Shown piece after piece: positions 19,093 to 26,859 of a stretch of DNA of 64,000 bases. The notes under the pieces were generated by a model that was given only the letters and a program-made list of their open reading frames with translations, was not told where the DNA came from and ran no database searches. Where the stretch lies: contig JAYRZG010000007.1 in NCBI GenBank assembly GCA_041916535.1, positions 41,216-105,215 of the forward strand, read 5' to 3'. How positions within the stretch are numbered: position 1 is the stretch's first letter; every line of letters starts with the position of its first letter. This DNA comes from Fuscovulum sp. (GTDB lineage: Bacteria; Pseudomonadota; Alphaproteobacteria; Rhodobacterales; Rhodobacteraceae). A program made the translations under genes and the position numbers.

Positions 19093-19139
19093 GCCCCGGG
19101 GGTCTTGCCCCCGGACCCCACGAGTATTTCTTGCCAAGA
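19093..19139 (+). repeat. Hairpin-plus-T-rich-tail repeat element, copy D (diverged tail)
   Basis: GCCCCGGGGG-tcttg-CCCCCGGACCCC-acgagTATTTCTTGCCAAGA. The stem CCGGGGG/CCCCCGG and the GGACCCC linker are the same as in copies A-C. It lies 7 nt after the permease stop. Confidence 0.6.
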
Positions 19140-19161
19140 TGACATGGTGAAGGAGAGGGCG

Positions 19162-21174
19162 ATGAACGTGCTTTTGCAGAACTGGGACACGCCCTTCGGC
19201 CTGCCGCCCTTTGCCGAGATCAAGGATGCCGATTTCCTGCCCGCCTTTGACGAGGCGCTATCCCGCGCGCGCGCCGCCATCGCCGCGATTGCCGAAGGGC
19301 CGGGCACGGGGTTCGCCGAGGTGATCGAGGCGCTGGAACTGGCCGAAGGCGATCTCGACCGGGTCTCGGGCGTCTTCTACAATCTCGCGGGCGCTGACTC
19401 GAACGAGGCGCGCGAGGAATTGCAGCGCGTCCTTGCCCCGAAGCTCAGCGCCTTTTCCAGCGAAGTGACGAACAACAAGCCGCTCTTCGCCAAGATCGAG
19501 GCCCTGTGGCAGGCGCGTGAGACGCTGGACCTTACGCCCGAACAGCGCCGCGTGCTGGACCTCTACCGCCGCATGTTCGTGCGGTCCGGCGCTGCGCTGG
19601 AGGGGGAGGCGGCCGAGCGGCTGACCGCCGTCAAGGCGCGGCTTGCCGTGCTGGGCACCCAGTTCAGCCAGAACCTGCTGGCGGATGAACGGTCATGGTA
19701 CATGGATCTGGCCGAGGCCGATCTGGAGGGCCTGCCCGATTTCGTGGTGCAGGCGGCACGTGCGGCGGGGCAGGAGCGCGGCCTGACCGGCCCGGTCGTG
19801 ACGCTGAACCGTTCGCTCATCGTGCCCTTCCTGCAATTCTCGCCGCGCCGGGCCTTGCGGGAAAAGGCCTATGAGGCCTGGGTCGCGCGTGGCGCGAATG
19901 GCGGGGCCACCGACAACCGCGCCATCGCGGCTGAAATCCTTTCCCTGCGCCATGAACGCGCGCAGCTTCTGGGCTATGCCGATTTCGCCCGGTTCAAGCT
20001 GGAACCCGAAATGGCCAAGACGCCGCAGGCGGTGCGCGATCTTCTGATGCGGGTCTGGCAGCCCGCCCGCGCCAAGGCGCTGGCCGATGGCGCGGTGCTC
20101 GAGGCGATGCTGCATGCCGATGGCTTTCAGGGCCCGCTGGAAGCCTGGGACTGGCGCTATTATTCGGAAAAGCGCCGCAAGGCCGAGCATGACCTCGATG
20201 AGGCGGCGCTGAAACCCTATCTCTCGCTCGACGCCATGCTGGACGCGATGTTCGATTGCGCCAGCCGCTTGTTCGGCCTGGAATTCCGCGAGATCCCCGG
20301 TCCCTTCTACCACCCCGATGTGCGGGGCTGGGAGGTGACGCGCAAGGGCACCCATGTCGCGGTCTTCCTGGGCGACTATTTCGCCCGCGGCTCGAAACGC
20401 TCGGGTGCCTGGTGCTCGGCGATGCGGTCGCAGAAGAAGCTGGGCGGGGACCAGCGCCCCATCGTGGTGAATGTGTGCAACTTCGCCAAGGGCGATCCCT
20501 GCCTTCTGTCCTATGACGATGCCCGCACCCTGTTCCATGAATTCGGCCATGCGCTGCACCAGATGCTGTCCGACGTGACCTATGGCTTCATCTCGGGCAC
20601 CTCGGTCGCGCGTGATTTCGTCGAACTGCCCAGCCAGCTTTACGAACATTGGCTTGAGGTTCCTTCGGTCCTGGAACAACACGCGAAACACTTTCAGACC
20701 GGCGAACCCATGCCCGCCGACCTGTTGAAGCGCCTCCTGGACGCGGGCACCTATGACCAGGGTTTCGCCACGGTGGAATTCGTCTCCTCGGCCATGGTGG
20801 ACCTTGAGTTCCATTCCGGCCCGCCCCCCGCCGATCCGATGCAGAAACAGGCCGAAGTGTTGGAATCGCTGGGCCTGCCCCGTGCGATCCGTATGCGCCA
20901 CGCCACGCCGCATTTCGCCCATGTCTTCTCGGGCGACGGCTATTCCAGTGGCTATTACAGCTACATGTGGTCCGAAGTGATGGATGCCGATGCTTTCGCG
21001 GCCTTCGAGGAAGCGGGCGATCCCTTTGATCCGGCGACCGCACAGAAGCTGGAGAAATTCATCCTCTCGGCGGGTGGCAGCGAAGAGGCCGAGGCGCTTT
21101 ACCTGCAATTCCGCGGCAAGATGCCCGGCGTCGAGGCACTGCTGAAGGGCAGGGGCCTTCTGGAACCGGTCTGA
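19162..21174 (+). CDS. dcp: M3 family metallopeptidase (peptidyl-dipeptidase Dcp / oligopeptidase A-like)
   Basis: ORF 19105-21174 trimmed to ATG 19162 (MNVLLQNW), preceded by GAAGGAGAG. It has the HEFGH zinc motif. The region upstream of 19162 is occupied by a repeat element. Confidence 0.9.
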   Translation: MNVLLQNWDTPFGLPPFAEIKDADFLPAFDEALSRARAAIAAIAEGPGTGFAEVIEALELAEGDLDRVSGVFYNLAGADSNEAREELQRVLAPKLSAFSSEVTNNKPLFAKIEALWQARETLDLTPEQRRVLDLYRRMFVRSGAALEGEAAERLTAVKARLAVLGTQFSQNLLADERSWYMDLAEADLEGLPDFVVQAARAAGQERGLTGPVVTLNRSLIVPFLQFSPRRALREKAYEAWVARGANGGATDNRAIAAEILSLRHERAQLLGYADFARFKLEPEMAKTPQAVRDLLMRVWQPARAKALADGAVLEAMLHADGFQGPLEAWDWRYYSEKRRKAEHDLDEAALKPYLSLDAMLDAMFDCASRLFGLEFREIPGPFYHPDVRGWEVTRKGTHVAVFLGDYFARGSKRSGAWCSAMRSQKKLGGDQRPIVVNVCNFAKGDPCLLSYDDARTLFHEFGHALHQMLSDVTYGFISGTSVARDFVELPSQLYEHWLEVPSVLEQHAKHFQTGEPMPADLLKRLLDAGTYDQGFATVEFVSSAMVDLEFHSGPPPADPMQKQAEVLESLGLPRAIRMRHATPHFAHVFSGDGYSSGYYSYMWSEVMDADAFAAFEEAGDPFDPATAQKLEKFILSAGGSEEAEALYLQFRGKMPGVEALLKGRGLLEPV

Positions 21175-21177
21175 CCG

Positions 21178-22158
21178 TCAGGTCTTCCGGGCATTTGGCT
21201 TGCGCAACCCGCCCGGCGCATGGCCGAATGCGCTGCGAAAGGCCCGGCTTAGGGTGGCCGGGCTGGAAAACCCCGTCCGCAGTGCCACTTCGGCCAGGGG
21301 ATAGGGCGTCTCGGTCAGCAGTCGCCGCGCCACCTGCAAACGCAGGCCCAGCATATGCGCGCCGGGGGTGATGCCCAAAGCGGCGCGGAACAGCGCCTCC
21401 AGCCGCCGGGGCGACAGACCGACCGCCGCCGCCGTCTCGGCCACCGTTTCGGGCGCGTCGATCCGCGCCTCCATCCGCGCCAGCGCCGCCGCCACGCGCG
21501 GGTCCAGCACCGGATCACGGCTTGGCGGCGCGATCTGCGGCTCGGCCCCCGGCCTTGCGCGGGTCAGGAAGGAATTCGCCACCTGCCGCGCCAGCGCCGC
21601 GCCGTGCCGCGCCCGGATCAGATGCAGCATGAAATCCTGCGCCGGGGCCGCCCCGCCGATACAGGCGCGGTTGCGGTCGATCACATAGCGGTCGGGCACC
21701 ACCTCGACCTCGGGGTAGGCGGCGGCCAGATCCTCCAGATCCTCCCAATGCACCGTCGCCTTGTAGCCATCCAGCAACCCCGCCCGCGCCATCACCCACG
21801 GCCCGGCATCGACGCCCCCCACCAGCGCGAAACGCGGCGCGATGCGGGCCAATTCGCGGATCAGGGGCCGCGTCACCGCCTCTTGCAGCCGGTAGCCTGC
21901 GATCACGATCAGCGCCTCGGCCCCCACTGCCGCCGCCAAGGGCCCGGAGGCGGGCAGCGACAGCCCGCAAGTCAGCGGCGCGGGCGCGCCGTCCGGCGTG
22001 ACCACACGCCAGCGATAGGCCTCATGCCCGAGATGGCGGTTCGCGTTGCGCAACGGGTCCAGCGCCGAGGCGACCTCAAGGATCGAGGCCTGCGGCAGCA
22101 CCAGAAGCGCCATGGTCAACGGCCCCGTCGCCGCCGTGAAGATCGCGTTTTCCGTCAT
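21178..22158 (-). CDS. GlxA-family (DJ-1/PfpI + AraC HTH) transcriptional regulator, CdhR-like
   Basis: ORF trimmed to MTENAIF (ATG 22158). It has an N-terminal GATase1-like domain and a C-terminal AraC HTH. It is divergent from the carnitine catabolic genes, like Pseudomonas cdhR. Confidence 0.85.
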   Translation of the reverse strand: MTENAIFTAATGPLTMALLVLPQASILEVASALDPLRNANRHLGHEAYRWRVVTPDGAPAPLTCGLSLPASGPLAAAVGAEALIVIAGYRLQEAVTRPLIRELARIAPRFALVGGVDAGPWVMARAGLLDGYKATVHWEDLEDLAAAYPEVEVVPDRYVIDRNRACIGGAAPAQDFMLHLIRARHGAALARQVANSFLTRARPGAEPQIAPPSRDPVLDPRVAAALARMEARIDAPETVAETAAAVGLSPRRLEALFRAALGITPGAHMLGLRLQVARRLLTETPYPLAEVALRTGFSSPATLSRAFRSAFGHAPGGLRKPNARKT

Positions 22159-22228
22159 GGGAATTTCGTAAATCGCAAAACATCGCCGCACAAGGGGGCT
22201 AATGTGCCGCCCAAGACAGGAGGGCCCC

Positions 22229-23143
22229 ATGCCGCTGACCATGAATCGCGAAGTCTTCATCACCTGTGCCGTGACCGGCTCGGGCGGCACGCAGGACCGC
22301 TCGCCCCACGTTCCCCGCTCGCCCCAGCAGATCGCCGAAAGCGCCATCGCGGCGGCCAAGGCGGGCGCGGCGGTGGTGCATTGCCATGTGCGCGACCCCG
22401 AAACCGGCAAGCCCGCCCGCGACCCGGCGCTCTATCGCGAAGTGACCGAGCGCATCCGCGACAGCGACACCGACGTGGTGCTGAACCTGACCGCCGGCAT
22501 GGGCGGCGACCTGCTGTTCGACGGCACCGAAGCGATGAACCGCATGGGCGCCAAGTCCGACATGGCCGGGGCCGAGGAACGCGTCGCCCATGTCGTCGAA
22601 TGCCGGCCCGAGATCTGCACGCTCGACTGCGGCACGATGAATTTCAACGAAGCCGATTACGTCATGGTCAACACGCCCGGCATGCTGCGCGACATGGCGA
22701 AACGCATGGTCGCCAGCGGCACGCGGATTGAGATCGAGGCCTTCGATACCGGCCATCTGTGGCTCGCCAAGGCGCTGGCCGACGAAGGCATCATCCCCGA
22801 CCCGGTCCTCGTGCAGCTCTGCATGGGCGTGCCATGGGGCGCGCCGGACGATCTGAACACCTTCATGGCCATGGTCAACAACGTGCCCAAGCACTGGCAC
22901 TGGTCGGCCTTCGCGCTGGGCCGCCACCAGATGCCCTATGTCGCGGCCTCGGTCCTGGCGGGCGGCAATGTGCGGGTGGGGCTGGAAGACAACCTCTGGC
23001 TCGACAAGGGCGTGCTGGCCACCAATGCGCAACTGGTGGAACGCGCCGCCACGATCATCGAGAATCTGGGCGCGCGGGTGATCACCCCCGCCGAGGTGCG
23101 GGCGCGGCTGAAGCTGGAAAAGCGGGCGCCGGTGGCGAAGTAG
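22229..23143 (+). CDS. 3-keto-5-aminohexanoate cleavage (BKACE, DUF849) family enzyme; dehydrocarnitine cleavage candidate
   Basis: Start ATG 22229 after AGGAGG. It has the BKACE N-terminal signature (FITCAVTGSGGT...PRSPQQIAESAIAAAKAGAAVVHCHVRD). Confidence 0.9.
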   Translation: MPLTMNREVFITCAVTGSGGTQDRSPHVPRSPQQIAESAIAAAKAGAAVVHCHVRDPETGKPARDPALYREVTERIRDSDTDVVLNLTAGMGGDLLFDGTEAMNRMGAKSDMAGAEERVAHVVECRPEICTLDCGTMNFNEADYVMVNTPGMLRDMAKRMVASGTRIEIEAFDTGHLWLAKALADEGIIPDPVLVQLCMGVPWGAPDDLNTFMAMVNNVPKHWHWSAFALGRHQMPYVAASVLAGGNVRVGLEDNLWLDKGVLATNAQLVERAATIIENLGARVITPAEVRARLKLEKRAPVAK

Positions 23144-23195
23144 GCCCGGCATCGCTTTACATAATCGAATATCCACAGACAGGAACAGGCCGCAA

Positions 23196-24659
23196 ATGGC
23201 GCGCAAGGTTGCAATTATCGGGGGTGGGGTGATCGGCGGCGGCTGGGCCGCGCGGTTCCTGCTGAATGGCTGGGATGTCGGCGTCTTCGACCCCGATCCC
23301 GAGGCCGAGCGGAAGATTTCCGCCGTCATGTCCAACGCAAGGCTGGCACTGCCCGCCCTGTCGGACGTGCCGATGCCGCCCGAAGGCAAGCTGACCTTCC
23401 ACGACACGATCGGCGAGGCGGTCGAGGGCGCGGAATATGTGCAGGAATCCGTCTCGGAACGGATCGAGCTGAAGCACAAGGTCTATGCCCAGCTGCAACA
23501 GGCCAATCCGGGCGTGCTGATCGGCTCCTCCACCTCCGGCTTCAAGGCCTCGGACCTGCAAAAGGGCAGCCCGGCGCCGGAAAACATCATCGTCGCGCAT
23601 CCCTTCAACCCGGTCTATCTTCTGCCGCTTTCCGAGGTTTCGGGCAGCCCGAAGAACACCCCGGAAACCGTTGAAAAGACGGTGCAGATCATGAAGGACA
23701 TCGGGATGTTCCCCCTGGTGATCCGGCATGAGATCGACGCCTTCATCGGCAACCGCTTTCTCGAAGCCGTCTGGCGCGAGGCGCTGTGGATGCTGAAGGA
23801 CGGCATCGCCACGACCGAGGAGATCGACGAGGCGATCCGCATGGGTTTCGGCCTGCGCTGGGGGCAGATGGGCCTGTTCGAGACCTATCGCATCGCGGGC
23901 GGCGAGGCCGGGATGCGGCACTTCATGGCGCAATTCGGCCCGGCCTTGAAATGGCCCTGGACCAAGCTGATGGACGTGCCGGAATTCAACGACGAGCTGG
24001 TCGATCTGGTCGCCAGCCAGTCCGACGCGCAATCCGGGGCCTATGGCATCCGCGAGCTGGAACGCATCCGCGACCAGAACCTGGTCGGTTTCCTGCGCGC
24101 GTTGAAGGACCGCAACTGGGGCGCTGGCAAGGTGCTGCGCGAACATGACGAACGCCGCGCCGCCGCCTTCCTGGGCGATCTTGACAGCGCGCCAAAAGCG
24201 GCCGCGCTGGTCATGGCCCAGCTGCAGGTCCTGCCGGGCTGGATCGACTATAACGGCCACATGACCGAAAGCCGCTACTACTTCGCCAATTCCGAAGCGG
24301 TCGACAATTTCCTGCGCCTGATCGGGGCGGGGATGGACTATGTCGCCGCCGGGCACAGCTTCTACTCCGCCGAGACCCATATCCGCCATCTGGGCGAGGC
24401 CAAGCTGGGCGACCGGCTGACCTGCACTCTGCAGATCCTCTCTGCCGACGAAAAGCGGTTCCGCTCCTTCGTTCAGGTGAAGAAAGGCGAGGAAGTGGTT
24501 GCCACAGTTGAGCAACTTTGCCTCCATGTCGATATGGCGGCGGGCAAGTCGGCCCCAGCAGCGCCGGAGGTATGGGACAAGCTCAAGGCGATCGCCGAGG
24601 CCCAGGCGGGCCTGCCCCTTCCCGACGGCGCGGGCCGCGCCGTGGGGCAGAAGAAGTGA
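23196..24659 (+). CDS. lcdH: L-carnitine dehydrogenase fused to hotdog thioesterase (betainyl-CoA thioesterase-like)
   Basis: 487 aa. It has a Rossmann N-terminus (VAIIGGGVIGGGWAARF) and the block LFETYRIAGGEAGMRHFMAQFGPALKWPWTKL, characteristic of carnitine dehydrogenases. The C-terminal roughly 150 aa are 4HBT-like. Confidence 0.9.
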   Translation: MARKVAIIGGGVIGGGWAARFLLNGWDVGVFDPDPEAERKISAVMSNARLALPALSDVPMPPEGKLTFHDTIGEAVEGAEYVQESVSERIELKHKVYAQLQQANPGVLIGSSTSGFKASDLQKGSPAPENIIVAHPFNPVYLLPLSEVSGSPKNTPETVEKTVQIMKDIGMFPLVIRHEIDAFIGNRFLEAVWREALWMLKDGIATTEEIDEAIRMGFGLRWGQMGLFETYRIAGGEAGMRHFMAQFGPALKWPWTKLMDVPEFNDELVDLVASQSDAQSGAYGIRELERIRDQNLVGFLRALKDRNWGAGKVLREHDERRAAAFLGDLDSAPKAAALVMAQLQVLPGWIDYNGHMTESRYYFANSEAVDNFLRLIGAGMDYVAAGHSFYSAETHIRHLGEAKLGDRLTCTLQILSADEKRFRSFVQVKKGEEVVATVEQLCLHVDMAAGKSAPAAPEVWDKLKAIAEAQAGLPLPDGAGRAVGQKK

Positions 24660-25411
24660 TCCGCCGGGTCCTGATCACCGCAGGGGCGAATGGCATCGGG
24701 CTGGTGATGGCCCGGGCCTTCGCCGCCCGTGGCGATCAGGTCTGGGTGACGGATGTTGACGCTGCCATGATCGCGGCCCTGCCGCCCGGCATCCGCGGCA
24801 CACTCTGCGATGCGGCCTCGGAACCGGCCATGGCTCTGCTCTTTGCCGAACTCACGGCGGAGTGGGGCGGGCTGGACGTGCTGGTGGCCAATGCCGGGAT
24901 CAAGGGTCCGACGGCGGGCATCGAGGACATGCCGCTGGAAGCCTGGCACCAATGCCTTGGCGTCAATCTTGACGGTGCCATGCTGGCGGCGCGCGGCGCG
25001 GCGCGGCTGATGAAACCGGCCGGCAAGGGGGCGATGGTCTTTCTCTCCTCGACCTCCGGCCTTTATGGCACACCCTTCCGCGCGCCCTATGTGGCGGCGA
25101 AATGGGGCGTCATCGGGCTGATGAAGACCGTGGCGATGGAACTGGGTCCGCATGGCATCCGTGCCAATGCGATCTGCCCGGGCTCGGTCAACGGCCCCCG
25201 CATTGACCGGGTGATCGAGGCGGAAGCGGCGGCCAAGGGCATGACCCCCGGTGCCGTCCGCCAGGGCTATGCCTCGGGCACGGCCCTGAAACAACTGTCA
25301 AACCCCGAAGACGTCGCCGATATGGCGCTTTTCCTCGCCTCCGACGCGGCGCGCATGGTCTCGGGCCAGGCGCTGGCGGTCGATGGCATGACCTACAATG
25401 TGGACCCGTGA
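24656..25411 (+). CDS. SDR family oxidoreductase
   Basis: GTG start overlapping the upstream stop (GTGA at 24656-24659). It has the motif ITAGANGIG (TGxxxGIG) and the Y-x3-K motif YVAAK. Confidence 0.85.
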   Translation: MIRRVLITAGANGIGLVMARAFAARGDQVWVTDVDAAMIAALPPGIRGTLCDAASEPAMALLFAELTAEWGGLDVLVANAGIKGPTAGIEDMPLEAWHQCLGVNLDGAMLAARGAARLMKPAGKGAMVFLSSTSGLYGTPFRAPYVAAKWGVIGLMKTVAMELGPHGIRANAICPGSVNGPRIDRVIEAEAAAKGMTPGAVRQGYASGTALKQLSNPEDVADMALFLASDAARMVSGQALAVDGMTYNVDP

Positions 25412-25420
25412 GGTAAGATT

Positions 25421-26584
25421 ATGGATTTCGGCCTGACCGAAGAGCAGCAGATGATCGTCGACACGACGCGGGCCTTCGTCGAGACGGAGCTTTACCCGCA
25501 TGAGGCCGAGGTCGAGCGCACCGGCGTGCTGCGCGAAGAGCTGCGCAAGGAGCTGGCGCAAAAGGCCATCGAAGCGGGTCTTTACGCGGCCAACATGCCG
25601 GTCGAGGTCGGCGGGGCCGGTCTCGATACCCTGACCTGGCTGCTTTACGAAAAGGAACTGGGCAAGGCGAATTACGCCCTGCACTGGACCTGCGTCTCGC
25701 GCCCCTCGAACATCCTTCTCGCCTGCGAGGGCGAACAGCGCGACAAATACCTCTTCCCCTGCATCCGCGGCGAGAAGCATGATTGCCAGGCGATGACCGA
25801 ACCGGGTGCCGGTTCCGACCTGCGCGGCATGAAATCCTTCGCCCGGCAGGACGGCGATGATTTCGTCCTGAACGGCACCAAGCATTTCATCAGCCACGCC
25901 GATCTCGCCGATTTTGCCATTGTCTGGATGGCGACCGGCGAAGAGGACACGCCGCGCGGCAGGAAGAAGCTGATCACCGCCTTCCTGGTCGACAAGGGCA
26001 CCCCCGGCTTCACCGTGCGCGACGGCTATCGCAATGTCAGCCATCGCGGCTACAACAACATGATCCTCGAATTCGACAATTGCCGCCTGCCGAAGTCGCA
26101 GATCCTGGGCGAGGTTCACAAGGGTTTCGAGGTGGCGGGAAAATGGCTGGGCGCGACCCGGCTGCAAGTCGCCTCGACCTGCCTCGGCCGCGCCGAGCGC
26201 GCCATGGGCCACGCCCTGTCCTGGGCGGCGGAACGCAGGCAGTTCGGCCAGCAGATCGCCAAGTTCCAGGGCATCAGCTTCAAGCTTGCCGATATGGCGA
26301 CCGAGCTGAAGGCGGCGGAACTGCTGACCCGCGAAGCGGCCTGGAAATACGATCAGGGCACGGTGACCGAGGCCGACATGGCCATGGCCAAGCTGAAGGC
26401 GACCGAGGTTCTGGCCAAAATTGCGGATGAGGCGATCCAGATCCATGGCGGCATGGGGCTGATGGACGAACTGCCGCTGGAGCGGATCTGGCGCGACGCG
26501 CGGGTCGAGCGGATCTGGGAAGGCACTTCGGAAATCCAGCGCCACATCATCAGCCGCGAGCTGTTGCGGCCCCTGGGGGCGTAG
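25421..26584 (+). CDS. Acyl-CoA dehydrogenase
   Basis: 387 aa. It shows the typical ACAD three-domain sequence (MTEPGAGSDL..., IHGGMG..., WEGTSEIQRHIISRELL). Confidence 0.9.
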   Translation: MDFGLTEEQQMIVDTTRAFVETELYPHEAEVERTGVLREELRKELAQKAIEAGLYAANMPVEVGGAGLDTLTWLLYEKELGKANYALHWTCVSRPSNILLACEGEQRDKYLFPCIRGEKHDCQAMTEPGAGSDLRGMKSFARQDGDDFVLNGTKHFISHADLADFAIVWMATGEEDTPRGRKKLITAFLVDKGTPGFTVRDGYRNVSHRGYNNMILEFDNCRLPKSQILGEVHKGFEVAGKWLGATRLQVASTCLGRAERAMGHALSWAAERRQFGQQIAKFQGISFKLADMATELKAAELLTREAAWKYDQGTVTEADMAMAKLKATEVLAKIADEAIQIHGGMGLMDELPLERIWRDARVERIWEGTSEIQRHIISRELLRPLGA

Positions 26585-26604
26585 GGCCCGGTCTTGCCGC
26601 ATCC

Positions 26605-26658
26605 GCCCCGGGGGCGCCGCCCCCGGACCCCCGGGATATTTTTGAACAGAAGAAGAAA
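26605..26658 (+). repeat. Hairpin-plus-TATTTTTGAACAGAAGAA repeat element, copy A
   Basis: GCCCCGGGGG-cgccg-CCCCCGGACCCCCGGGATATTTTTGAACAGAAGAAGAAA, 21 nt after the acyl-CoA dehydrogenase stop. Confidence 0.75.
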
Positions 26659-26784
26659 CCGAATGTTAACCTCGATTCGCCAGTCTTGCAGCACGGTACA
26701 GGCGGGGACGCCGATGACCGTAACGGGAGAAGGCGCCTCGCTCGGATCTCTCGGGCGAGGCGTTTCGGCGCCCTACGGTCTCGC

Positions 26785-26834
26785 TTTCTTCTGTTCAAAA
26801 ATATCCCGGCGGTCCGGGGGCAGAGCCCCCGGGC
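26785..26834 (-). repeat. Hairpin-plus-TATTTTTGAACAGAAGAA repeat element, copy B (inverted relative to A)
   Basis: The reverse complement reads GCCCGGGGG-ctctg-CCCCCGGACCGCCGGGATATTTTTGAACAGAAGAAA. Together with copy A it brackets a 126-bp core. Confidence 0.75.
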
Positions 26835-26859
26835 GTGGCCACAAGCGCGAGGCCCGCAG

